Part shown: in pieces, positions 9,901 through 17,318 of the stretch
Numbering within the stretch: the stretch's first letter is position 1
Layout of the letters: each line of letters opens with the position of its first letter
NCBI GenBank assembly: GCA_000990005.1
Contig: LBPF01000001.1
Coordinates: 26,315-90,314, forward strand
From: Candidatus Woesebacteria bacterium GW2011_GWB1_33_38
GTDB taxonomy: Bacteria; Patescibacteriota; Microgenomatia; UBA8517
Length of the DNA: 64,000 nt
Reading direction: 5' to 3'
Translations under genes and position numbers: made by a program
The notes under the pieces: generated by a model
The model's input: the letters and a program-made list of their open reading frames with translations, nothing else
Told to the model about the DNA's origin: nothing
The model's database searches: none

Positions 9901-10091
9901 TTGGCTGTTGCGGTATAGATAATCCAAATGACTCAGATGATCCTAGCGATCCAGACGATCCTGATATTCCAACTGTTGTCGGAGGTAGTAACCCTGTTTC
10001 TACAACATCAAGTAGTTCTGGATCTTCCAATGGTAGTTCCTCATCAGCAGGACCTGCGATATTAGGTCTTTCTGCGACTTCATCAGAATGA
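6951..10091 (+). CDS. Large secreted/membrane repeat protein (7 repeats, Pro-rich N-terminus, internal TM plus second signal-like segment)
   Basis: Same repeat as 5641; hydrophobic segments near aa 680-730; ends ILGLSATSSE. Confidence 0.85.
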   Translation: MKKILILIFTIAIVLGNTVSIFAQALPPTPPPAPTAPSAPTPPPAPTMPPIPTMIPTLAPTPPPVVSTPTYSPISTPTSESFITESTVSGGQDSDAGMGSSSIDTGDATTDGTLIVDVNSNLSVVLGDSGSQSGGSAGIINSGNGESSENSGSAVIINNNNTGQTNSANIVNGLYQSAITGDNSASKNTGGDSIITTGDANVTGTIITSVNTNVAGVAVSEFNVLEDTTGDIILDFGNTCITNCGSLADAVIKNTGNGTDSINTSSLDVTNNNLTDQLNDAIIVNNMDLFADSGNNDTNKNTGGDSIITTGDANVVANLLTFANNNLAGNVVYAVVNIFGNLIGDIIFPEGSFASCCGVFDTALANINNGTGSTNTTSYSNEITDSATQINNLEIENNLIFDANSGGNETKGNTGGNSSIVTGDTNIDARLINIANNNLAGGNYWLVIVNEAGKWIGKILGTSDGASFGGSDDFEFLVDENGGVTVANAGNGTDSTNTAVYNETNNNELTQVNNAKIVNNVNLEANSGGNSASKNTNGNSSIVTGDASIIANIVNFVNNNITGGGKLFVAVVNVFGSWVGDFVGPGFEQEELATSPDSIGIGGADVNSQESDDNNGGSNSNQQTTTVFQASSPQIASIVIPTVFRNSSARVLGNKISLNLPETLGSAIDVAQKKVVNINFAWLLAILFPIGIFSMIFRRRLAIKRILASFLVLMLLVSSVRPFLSLALAEEIVILGNGSGSDNTAVVSISNTTTVTQTNTASVENVVTPSVDTGNNTVNGNTGSDVSVVTGDIDTNVVLNNSLNNSIVENSCCDANDSSVLITANGKDSQNLVTMDVNNNVINITQSADIGNKVEGSANTGNNTANNTSGNVIIDTGDIKVMGGINNSPINTYFIKSAINNGGFLASISANGTDSVNKIEANLGGSNQIDAKNYYLAYNFVDWDLNTGGNIANGNTGGNVFIKTGNFFFDFLISNAGNIGYVDVGCCGIDNPNDSDDPSDPDDPDIPTVVGGSNPVSTTSSSSGSSNGSSSSAGPAILGLSATSSE

Positions 10092-10582
10092 AAAATAGAT
10101 TAGTCATACTATTAATAGGGTTTGCTTTGGGGTTTTTTCTTACAAGGATTGAGGCACCTGCAAATGGTTATACGATCGAAAAGTCATTTTCCAACTCATT
10201 TCCAACAAGAATTATAATACCATCTGTATCAATTGATACATCAGTCAAGAAAGCACTGATTATAAATGGTTATTGGCAAGTATTTTCAGATTCTGCAGCA
10301 TGGGGAGATCAATCAGGAATTCCAGGGCGGATTGGTAATCAAGTAATTTTTGCCCACAAAAGAAGTGGTTTATTTTTACCTCTGACAGATATTCAAATAG
10401 GCGCAAAGGTTTATGTTTTAACTAATGAAAAGTCGTATGCCTACGAAGTCAAAGAAATTAAAGATGTTAAACCATTTCAAATTGAAGTTGTGGCCCCTAC
10501 AAGCGATGAGACACTGACTCTTTACACTTGTACTGGCTTTGGTGATATTGAAAGATTGATTGTTGTAGCCAAAAAAATATAA
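10088..10582 (+). CDS. Sortase
   Basis: N-terminal TM, GNQVIFAH, LTLYTC, ERLIVVA (His/Cys/Arg triad). Confidence 0.9.
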   Translation: MKNRLVILLIGFALGFFLTRIEAPANGYTIEKSFSNSFPTRIIIPSVSIDTSVKKALIINGYWQVFSDSAAWGDQSGIPGRIGNQVIFAHKRSGLFLPLTDIQIGAKVYVLTNEKSYAYEVKEIKDVKPFQIEVVAPTSDETLTLYTCTGFGDIERLIVVAKKI

Positions 10583-10608
10583 ATCACTGTGTGATTAAAA
10601 CTATACGC

Positions 10609-10640
10609 GAGGACCCCTTGGTTAAATCAAGGGGTTCCTC
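10609..10640. terminator. Hairpin between convergent genes
   Basis: GAGGACCCCTTGG...TCAAGGGGTTCCTC. Confidence 0.7.
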
Positions 10641-10643
10641 ATT

Positions 10644-11243
10644 TTAATTAAGAGTATTTAGGCCACCAGTGACTGTCAGATCGCTTGTTGAAGTTGATAC
10701 TCCAGTGCTAACTGTAGTTCCGGCACCCGTATTTCCATTGGCAGTATTCTTGCCTGTCTTTGCTTTGGCTTTAACTAAAGCGCTTACTCTAGTTCGTGCT
10801 CTTTGGCGAACAGTAGTGTCTTTAGTGTTAGCTACAACTATATTATTTGTTGAATTGACACCATTTCCAGATATCTCTGTTGTAGGTGGCACTGCAAGAG
10901 GAGTACAACAACAAGGATCTGTTGCTGAATTATTACCTCCTGTAACTGTCATTGTTGATGCTGCGTTGGCATCACCAGTTGTTATACCAACTGTTCCACC
11001 TGTATTTCCATTGGCAGTATTTCCACCAGTACTAGCAGAAGCTCCTATTAGTGCATCTACATTAGTATTGGCCTTTTGAGAAACTGTGCATGAGCTTGAA
11101 TTTGTTACAACTATTGTATTATCCGAACCCACGCCATTGTCAATAATCTCCAAATTAGCCCCAAATACCATTGGGACAAAGGACATCATAGCAACAGTAG
11201 CAGAAACAACACCTGTAGCTAATTTTTTTGCAAATTTGTTCAT
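10644..11243 (-). CDS. Small secreted repeat protein (2 repeats), paralog of 5641 and 6951
   Basis: Signal peptide; NGVGSDN...TGGNTANGNTGGTVGITTGDA; PCCC linker; GGGGGTGA RBS. Confidence 0.85.
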   Translation of the reverse strand: MNKFAKKLATGVVSATVAMMSFVPMVFGANLEIIDNGVGSDNTIVVTNSSSCTVSQKANTNVDALIGASASTGGNTANGNTGGTVGITTGDANAASTMTVTGGNNSATDPCCCTPLAVPPTTEISGNGVNSTNNIVVANTKDTTVRQRARTRVSALVKAKAKTGKNTANGNTGAGTTVSTGVSTSTSDLTVTGGLNTLN

Positions 11244-11345
11244 ATTTTAATCACCCCCTTTCTTTACTTAAAATCAATAAGTTAGAAGTCAAAAAATAGG
11301 GATTTAATCTACTGAAGTAATTGTGATTAAAAGTTAAATTCATAA

Positions 11346-11368
11346 TTGCCTCCGATTGCGGTCAGCAA
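11346..11368 (-). promoter_or_regulatory. Conserved leader motif copy 2
   Basis: Minus strand TTGCTGACCGCAATCGGAGGCAA; core 18/19 identical to 5495-5513. Confidence 0.75.
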
Positions 11369-11443
11369 AAACAATATCAATCAGTCTATCAAATGAGGTA
11401 GCTTCTCTGTCAACTGCATCTTTATATATGTTAATATAAATTA

Positions 11444-12343
11444 ATGGAGAAATTGATTCATTTATTTATACCAAGGCAGAGTAATAATCACAAAGCTAAA
11501 ATATTGCATTCCTCTAGTTTAATTGTTATTGCGTCGTTTTTTGTTGTATTTCAGGCTTTAATTAATTTTTTACCAAGATTTGGACCAAACATATTAGGCT
11601 ATGCTTCTCAAATCTCACCTGATGAGGTAACTAGACTCACAAATCAAAAAAGGGCCGAGGCAGGTCTGTCAGCCTTAACTTACAATCAAACACTTGCTGG
11701 GGCTGCATATACCAAAGGAAGAGACATGATTGACAGAGATTATTGGGCCCATACAGCACCTGATGGAACTCAGCCATGGAAATTTTTCACAGATTTTGGT
11801 TATAGATATAAATATGCTGGAGAAAATTTGGCACGTGACTTTAGTAGTGCTCAGGCAACAGTTGATGCTTGGATGAACTCACCAACACATAGAGATAATA
11901 TTTTAAATTCTAAGTACAAGGAGATTGGAATTGGCGTGACTGAGGGTGATCTTGCAGGTATTGACACGACTATTGTTGTGCAATTTTTTGGAGCAACTTA
12001 TCAAGACAAAGTATCGGAGCCTGTGGCTCAGGTACAACAAGTAAAAACTCCAGTTCCAACTTTGGCACCAACTATTGTTCCTGTAACTACAAATCTACCA
12101 CAAGTTCAGGCTGAGATAACATCACCTCAACCAAATCAACAAGTTTTGATTTCTCCATTTAATACAACTCGTTTTGCTTCAATTGCCGTTGTATTACTTC
12201 TTTTATTTGTGTTTGTACTTGATGCATTTTTGGTTTCAAGAAGAAGAATTATTAGGGTTGCGGGAAGAACATTTGCACATGTAGCGTTTTTGGGGATGAT
12301 TTTAACTGTTATATTAATATTAAGATCAGGAAAAATACTTTAA
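11444..12343 (+). CDS. CAP/SCP domain membrane protein
   Basis: LTNQKRAEAGL, YWAH, GENLA, WMNSPTHRDNIL; TM helices at both ends. Confidence 0.9.
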   Translation: MEKLIHLFIPRQSNNHKAKILHSSSLIVIASFFVVFQALINFLPRFGPNILGYASQISPDEVTRLTNQKRAEAGLSALTYNQTLAGAAYTKGRDMIDRDYWAHTAPDGTQPWKFFTDFGYRYKYAGENLARDFSSAQATVDAWMNSPTHRDNILNSKYKEIGIGVTEGDLAGIDTTIVVQFFGATYQDKVSEPVAQVQQVKTPVPTLAPTIVPVTTNLPQVQAEITSPQPNQQVLISPFNTTRFASIAVVLLLLFVFVLDAFLVSRRRIIRVAGRTFAHVAFLGMILTVILILRSGKIL

Positions 12344-12591
12344 TGAAACATTTACCACATTACGTGTCACTAATTGCCATATTTTTAGCAGGACTTGTTG
12401 GTTTTTATGTTTTTTCATATGATAAATATTTTCGAGTTGGGATAGCTGTAGCACTTTCGGCATCTTATGTAACTTGGGGAGTTATTCACCACGCATCACA
12501 TAAAGATATTTGCTGGACTGTTATATTTGAATACATTGCAGTTTCAATTTTAGGACTAATAATGGTCTTGACCTTGATTTTTAGGGCTTAA
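12343..12591 (+). CDS. Small 3-TM membrane protein
   Basis: 82 aa, hydrophobic, translationally coupled to CAP gene. Confidence 0.65.
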   Translation: MKHLPHYVSLIAIFLAGLVGFYVFSYDKYFRVGIAVALSASYVTWGVIHHASHKDICWTVIFEYIAVSILGLIMVLTLIFRA

Positions 12592-12614
12592 ACTCTGTAT
12601 AATCTTTTCACACT

Positions 12615-13508
12615 ATGAAAAAAGTAACTAAGGCCGTAATACCTGCAGCAGGCTTCGGAACTAGATTTCTTCCTCAGACCAAAGCAATGCCCAAAGAGAT
12701 GCTTCCAATTGTTGATAAACCCGTTATTCAGTATGTGGTAGAGGAACTTGTTGAAGCTGGGATCAAGGATATTTTTATAGTTACAGGATATCACAAAAGA
12801 ACTATTGAAGATCATTTTGATGCTCCAAACTTAGATCTAATTGAAAACCTTCGGATGGCTGGCGAGAAGAAGAAACATCTATTAGAAGAAGTGGAAAAGA
12901 TTTCAAACTTGGCTAATTTTGTCTATGTCAGACAAAAGGGGCCATACGGAAATGGCACACCACTACTTAATGTTAGGCATTTAATAGGAAATGAACCATT
13001 TATTTACACTTGGAGTGATGATTTTATTGTTGCTGAGCCTTCCAGATTTAGACAATTAATAACTACATATGAAAAGTATGGTTGCACTTGTTTGGGCAGT
13101 ATCAGGGCTAAAAAAGATTCTGACTATGATCATTATGGCTTTGCTGGTGGTAAACATCTAACCCCAAGCATAATCGATGTCGAAACGATAATCGAAAAAC
13201 CTGGTAAAGAGAATTCTCCGTCGGACCTTGCAAATGTTTCTGGATTTTTATTTACACCTGACATCTTTGAATATTTGGACAGAGCATTAGAATCTTTGGA
13301 AGATGAAAACGAGCTTTATTATAATAATGCTTTAAATTTAATGCTTGCGGATAAGAAAAGAATATTGGCAGTCGAAATTAAAGGTGGTAAATATTATGAT
13401 ACAGGCAACAAACTTGAATATTTAAAAACTGTTGTTGAATTTGCTCTGAAACATAAAGACCTAAACGGTGAGTTTAAAAAATATTTGGCTTCTTTAGATT
13501 TAAAATGA
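12615..13508 (+). CDS. galU: UTP--glucose-1-phosphate uridylyltransferase family
   Basis: KAVIPAAGFGTRFLPQTKAMPKEMLPIVDKP; YYDTGNKLEYLK. Confidence 0.9.
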   Translation: MKKVTKAVIPAAGFGTRFLPQTKAMPKEMLPIVDKPVIQYVVEELVEAGIKDIFIVTGYHKRTIEDHFDAPNLDLIENLRMAGEKKKHLLEEVEKISNLANFVYVRQKGPYGNGTPLLNVRHLIGNEPFIYTWSDDFIVAEPSRFRQLITTYEKYGCTCLGSIRAKKDSDYDHYGFAGGKHLTPSIIDVETIIEKPGKENSPSDLANVSGFLFTPDIFEYLDRALESLEDENELYYNNALNLMLADKKRILAVEIKGGKYYDTGNKLEYLKTVVEFALKHKDLNGEFKKYLASLDLK

Positions 13509-15397
13509 AGTTACTTGTAACGGGTGGAGCTGGGTTCATTGGGGCAAACTTTGTTCACTACTGGGTTAAAAAATATCCAAAAGACAAGATAACAGTAGTT
13601 GACGCTTTAACCTATACAGGTAATCTTGAAAATTTAGCTCTTGTAAAAAAAGAAGTTGAATTTGTTGAGGCTGATATTAATGACAGACCAAAAATTAGTC
13701 AGGCATTAAAAAGAGTTGATGCAGTTATTCATTTTGCTGCTGAAAGTCATGTAGATCGCGCAATTTTTGATCCTTCAACTTATTGGCAAACAAATGTTCA
13801 TGGAACATTGACTTTACTTGAAGAAGCACAAAAAGCAGGCGTACCCAGATTCCATCATATTTCAACGGATGAAGTTTACGGTGAACTTCCTTTAGATTCT
13901 GATGCTAAATTTACTGAAAAAACTCCATATTCTCCGAGACCTGATAATTTATACGCCCTATCAAAGGCAGAGGCAGACAAAATAGTTTTGGATTTCTACC
14001 AAAAAACAAAAATGTATATTACTATTTCAAATTGTTCAAATAACTATGGACCATATCAGTTTCCAGAAAAATATATTCCCATAATAGTTACTAACTTAAT
14101 TGATAAAATCAAAGTTCCGCTTCATGGTGATGGTAGAAATGTTAGAGACTGGATTCACACAAGAGATCATTCTTCAGCAATTGACCTAATTTTAAATAAA
14201 GGTAAGTCAGGAGAAACTTATCTTGTTGGATCAAATAACGATAGAAGCAATAGTTACATTGCTAAAAAAGTAGTTAATCTTTTTGGAGCCAACGAAACTG
14301 TAATTAGGCATGTTTCAGATAGGCACAGTAATGATAGAAGATATGCCATAAATGCTACAAAAATAATGGAAGAATTAGGTTGGAAACCTGAAATTACCAG
14401 AGATAAATTTAATGAAGGATTAAAAGAAACAATTGCTTGGTATAAAGAAAATCAAGGCTGGTGGCGACCACTTCTTAAAAGAAAAGCTATGATTATGGAT
14501 TCTTCAAAGTCAATTTCAGCCTATATATCACTTGATAGAGAATCGGGTAAAACCAAGTTTGTTTTTGGGAAAATCGAGAAGCAGGTAGAGAAAAAAGAAA
14601 CAGTCTTTGATGCAGATAAACACTTCGTGGAACAAAATCTGGTTAGGTATGAAATTGTAATGAAAAATTTAAATAGTAAAAAATGGTACAAAGCAAGTTC
14701 TGATGAAGTTAAAAATGAAATTAAGACATTAGGAATAAACCCTTCCACCTTTGGTTATGTAGAGGACCTCGCTGGTAGGGAAGATCATATTAATGGAGAT
14801 TTAATTTTAAAATTGGAAAAAATTGAACATGCAGATTCTAAATATGGAATATATGGTATTGGATCTTGGTTTGAAGTAGAAAACAAGAAAAAAGAAAAGA
14901 GAATGGAAGGATATTACTCTTGGGGTTGGGGACCAAAGTCTGGAGCAAAGCTTCTAGTTTTGGTCAAAAGAAATGGGGAAATTACTCATCTTGCAACACA
15001 AAGAGAACAAAAATTTCCAACAGGATCTGTTGAATATACATTAGCAGGAGGTTTCCCTAAGTTAAATGAATCAGTCTTGGACTTTATAATTAGATCAATT
15101 CAAAAAGATTTGAACTTAAGTGTAACTAAAAATGACGTAGGTTTAGACCAAATAATTTCCCTAGGAAGATTAAATCCCGATTCAGGTATGACAAATAATA
15201 AACCAAATCTTTATGCAGTTATTGTTAATCTTTCAGATGAACTCTATAAAGACGTTAAAAAAGGAGATAAATTTGAAGAAGATGAGGGAATTGTACTCTG
15301 GCCAATTGATAAACTGGCAGACCTTATTAATAAATGTGATGATGCCTACTTCCTCTCCGCCCTCACTCGCCTCAACCTCACCAAAAACATCCTGTAG
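13505..15397 (+). CDS. rmlB: dTDP-glucose 4,6-dehydratase fused to a C-terminal Nudix-like region
   Basis: GGAGFIG, HFAAESHVDR, STDEVYG, SNNYGPYQFPEK; about 300 extra aa. Confidence 0.85.
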   Translation: MKLLVTGGAGFIGANFVHYWVKKYPKDKITVVDALTYTGNLENLALVKKEVEFVEADINDRPKISQALKRVDAVIHFAAESHVDRAIFDPSTYWQTNVHGTLTLLEEAQKAGVPRFHHISTDEVYGELPLDSDAKFTEKTPYSPRPDNLYALSKAEADKIVLDFYQKTKMYITISNCSNNYGPYQFPEKYIPIIVTNLIDKIKVPLHGDGRNVRDWIHTRDHSSAIDLILNKGKSGETYLVGSNNDRSNSYIAKKVVNLFGANETVIRHVSDRHSNDRRYAINATKIMEELGWKPEITRDKFNEGLKETIAWYKENQGWWRPLLKRKAMIMDSSKSISAYISLDRESGKTKFVFGKIEKQVEKKETVFDADKHFVEQNLVRYEIVMKNLNSKKWYKASSDEVKNEIKTLGINPSTFGYVEDLAGREDHINGDLILKLEKIEHADSKYGIYGIGSWFEVENKKKEKRMEGYYSWGWGPKSGAKLLVLVKRNGEITHLATQREQKFPTGSVEYTLAGGFPKLNESVLDFIIRSIQKDLNLSVTKNDVGLDQIISLGRLNPDSGMTNNKPNLYAVIVNLSDELYKDVKKGDKFEEDEGIVLWPIDKLADLINKCDDAYFLSALTRLNLTKNIL

Positions 15398-15405
15398 TTA
15401 CTTGA

Positions 15406-15429
15406 CTTCTTCTTCTTCTTCTTCTTCTT
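15406..15429 (+). repeat. (CTT)8 microsatellite between -35 and -10 boxes
   Basis: TTGACT(15402)...(CTT)n...TAAAAT(15431). Confidence 0.9.
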
Positions 15430-15443
15430 ATAAAATACGTTTT

Positions 15444-16184
15444 ATGGCAGTAGATAATGAATTAAATGAACTACAGAAACAAGCAATTGCGAAAGTAACT
15501 GAAAGTATTTCTGAAGACGGGATGGTTGTACTTGATACAGGTAACAATTGGTTCTTGCGTGTTGATCCCTTACATCCTGAGAAATCTGAGTGGTATACGA
15601 CTGTAGTACAAGGTGATCCTAATGCGGCAAAAAAGATTCATAGTGCCTATATGCATCAAGGACCACCTTACAAACAGCTTGTTTTTGTAGAAAATGATTT
15701 AGATTCTGAAACCAAAACAGTTGGTGGTATTCAACCTCTGATTTGTGTGGATGCAGAAGGTAAATCTTTTGTCGCTGTTCAGTATAAACAACGACACAAT
15801 GGGGTTGTTGCAGAGGCTTTTAGAAAAGCTTGGAGTAGGCCTGAAGAGCAAACACAAATTCTGGCCGAAGGAGGCGAAGTAACAAATTATAAAGATATTG
15901 ATTTAGGAAGAGGTCTGGCAAATGATGCTAGGTTGGTGGGTCCAGATGATAAATTGGCACAAATAGTATATGAATTGACAGTTGTAAAAGGTGGAACAAG
16001 ACTTCCGGAAATTGATAAAGGTAATTGGATGCCTGTTGAAGAATTCCTAATGACAACACGAGAACATATGGGTAAAGGGGTAGTTGCTATTGCAGGGCTG
16101 AGAAGTCTTTTCCCCGTGAGTATAGAAAATATGAACGAGCAAGCAGTAAGACTTCCAGCTTTAATTAAAGAGTGGTCAGAGTAA
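15444..16184 (+). CDS. Hypothetical protein, 246 aa
   Basis: Start moved to ATG 15444 (MAVDNEL), 7 nt after a TAAAAT box. Confidence 0.7.
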   Translation: MAVDNELNELQKQAIAKVTESISEDGMVVLDTGNNWFLRVDPLHPEKSEWYTTVVQGDPNAAKKIHSAYMHQGPPYKQLVFVENDLDSETKTVGGIQPLICVDAEGKSFVAVQYKQRHNGVVAEAFRKAWSRPEEQTQILAEGGEVTNYKDIDLGRGLANDARLVGPDDKLAQIVYELTVVKGGTRLPEIDKGNWMPVEEFLMTTREHMGKGVVAIAGLRSLFPVSIENMNEQAVRLPALIKEWSE

Positions 16185-16214
16185 ATAGATTTTTTAATTT
16201 ATTAATTAGAAAAT

Positions 16215-16243
16215 CACTGCACGGGAAGGACAAACCATCAAAT
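16215..16243 (+). repeat. 29-bp imperfect direct repeat, copy 1
   Basis: CACTGCACGGGAAGGACAAACCATCAAAT, 25/29 identical to 16769-16797. Confidence 0.8.
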
Positions 16244-16356
16244 AAGTACTTTTCTGATATTAGACTTTACCTTTAGTCCTACCTAAACAGCAACTATACT
16301 TATAAAAAAGTACTAGGGAACAAAAATATCTTCAAAATTATGTTATTATTAATTTG

Positions 16357-16572
16357 ATGGAGTTAACTGCTGATCAATACAAAACAGTTTCTGAAATTTT
16401 AGGTAATATTTCCGTCGCCTGGTTTACTGCTGGAATTGTATCTCCATTTTTCTTCGAAAATACAGATTTAACCAACCTTGTGCTATACTTAATTTTAGGT
16501 ATTTCAATGTTTATATTTTTTGGAATATATTCAATATATTACGCGGGAAAAATTAGAAAGCGATTGATATGA
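16357..16572 (+). CDS. Small two-TM membrane protein
   Basis: SEILGNISVAWFTAGIVSPFF, second TM, basic tail. Confidence 0.65.
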   Translation: MELTADQYKTVSEILGNISVAWFTAGIVSPFFFENTDLTNLVLYLILGISMFIFFGIYSIYYAGKIRKRLI

Positions 16573-16664
16573 ATTTTGCAAATACATACTTATTAGCTGT
16601 TGTGATTAGTTCTGTAGTGCTTATTTTAACTGTCTCATTTATTGGTAGAAGAAACTATAAATAA
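16569..16664 (+). CDS. 31-aa single-TM micropeptide
   Basis: MNFANTYLLAVVISSVVLILTVSFIGRRNYK; ATGA overlap with previous gene. Confidence 0.5.
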   Translation: MNFANTYLLAVVISSVVLILTVSFIGRRNYK

Positions 16665-16665
16665 T

Positions 16666-16764
16666 ATGCCAAATGAAGCTGATCCAAGATTAATGTTATT
16701 GGCAGTAGTTTCAGTTCTGGTTACCTTTTTTGTTTTATATAAAACAATTAAATTCAAAAAATAA
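16666..16764 (+). CDS. 32-aa single-TM micropeptide
   Basis: MPNEADPRLMLLAVVSVLVTFFVLYKTIKFKK; starts 1 nt after previous stop. Confidence 0.5.
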   Translation: MPNEADPRLMLLAVVSVLVTFFVLYKTIKFKK

Positions 16765-16768
16765 AAAA

Positions 16769-16797
16769 CACTGCACGGCAAGAACAAATCTTCAAAT
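16769..16797 (+). repeat. 29-bp imperfect direct repeat, copy 2
   Basis: CACTGCACGGCAAGAACAAATCTTCAAAT. Confidence 0.8.
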
Positions 16798-16895
16798 GAA
16801 CCCCCCTTGACAACTCCCATTTTTTGGCAAAATGTTGGGAGTGGTAATCCTGTAATTTCAACTTTGAAAATTGAAATTCGAGGGTCATAAGTATA

Positions 16896-17318
16896 CTATT
16901 TTAGAAACTCAAGAATTTTTGATAGATATTGAGGAATTTGAATAATGGCAATTTTTATGGAATTAAAAACTAACTCATCATCAATTTTATCATAATTATG
17001 TGCTAGGGCATTTCTTAATCCCGCTGATTTTGCAATTTCTTCTGCAAATTCTTCGGTTATTATTTTATTCTTTGCAATATTGATAAACGAATTGTAATAA
17101 TCTGTTGGAATACTTTCATATTCTTCTTTTAAAATGTGATAATTTATATCAATTACTTGACCTGTTATTATCTCAAGAAGTCTCTCAATAATAAGTTTAA
17201 TTTCAGGATCATTTAAGTATTCATCTAAAGTTAAATCCTTATATTTTTTTAGTATGGCAAGATCTTCACTAACTAATTTTATTTTCCTGTTTATTAATTG
17301 GATATCAATTCTTGGCAT
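16896..17318 (-). CDS. HEPN (DUF86/HepT-like) ribonuclease toxin
   Basis: GLRNALAHNY = R-X4-H-X-Y; downstream of MNT gene. Confidence 0.9.
   Translation of the reverse strand: MPRIDIQLINRKIKLVSEDLAILKKYKDLTLDEYLNDPEIKLIIERLLEIITGQVIDINYHILKEEYESIPTDYYNSFINIAKNKIITEEFAEEIAKSAGLRNALAHNYDKIDDELVFNSIKIAIIQIPQYLSKILEFLK

Noticed and set aside
10225-10240. TGTATCAATTGATACA, a 16-bp palindrome sharing the outer arms of the 28-bp family
   Set aside because: Lacks the 12-bp interior and encodes an ordinary sortase segment (PSVSIDT); probably chance in AT-rich DNA
6354-11079. Antisense ORFs over the repeat proteins (6354, 8450, 8963, 9218, 9761, 10669)
   Set aside because: Shadow frames of low-complexity coding sequence; the real genes have signal peptides and RBS
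15213-15443. N-terminal extension with poly-Ser in the 323-aa track ORF
   Set aside because: Overlaps rmlB and reads through the promoter microsatellite; ATG 15444 is the better start
16635-16820. 61-aa minus-strand ORF over the micropeptides
   Set aside because: The plus-strand ORFs are translationally coupled with TM plus basic tail; this is likely their shadow, though antisense RNA is not excluded
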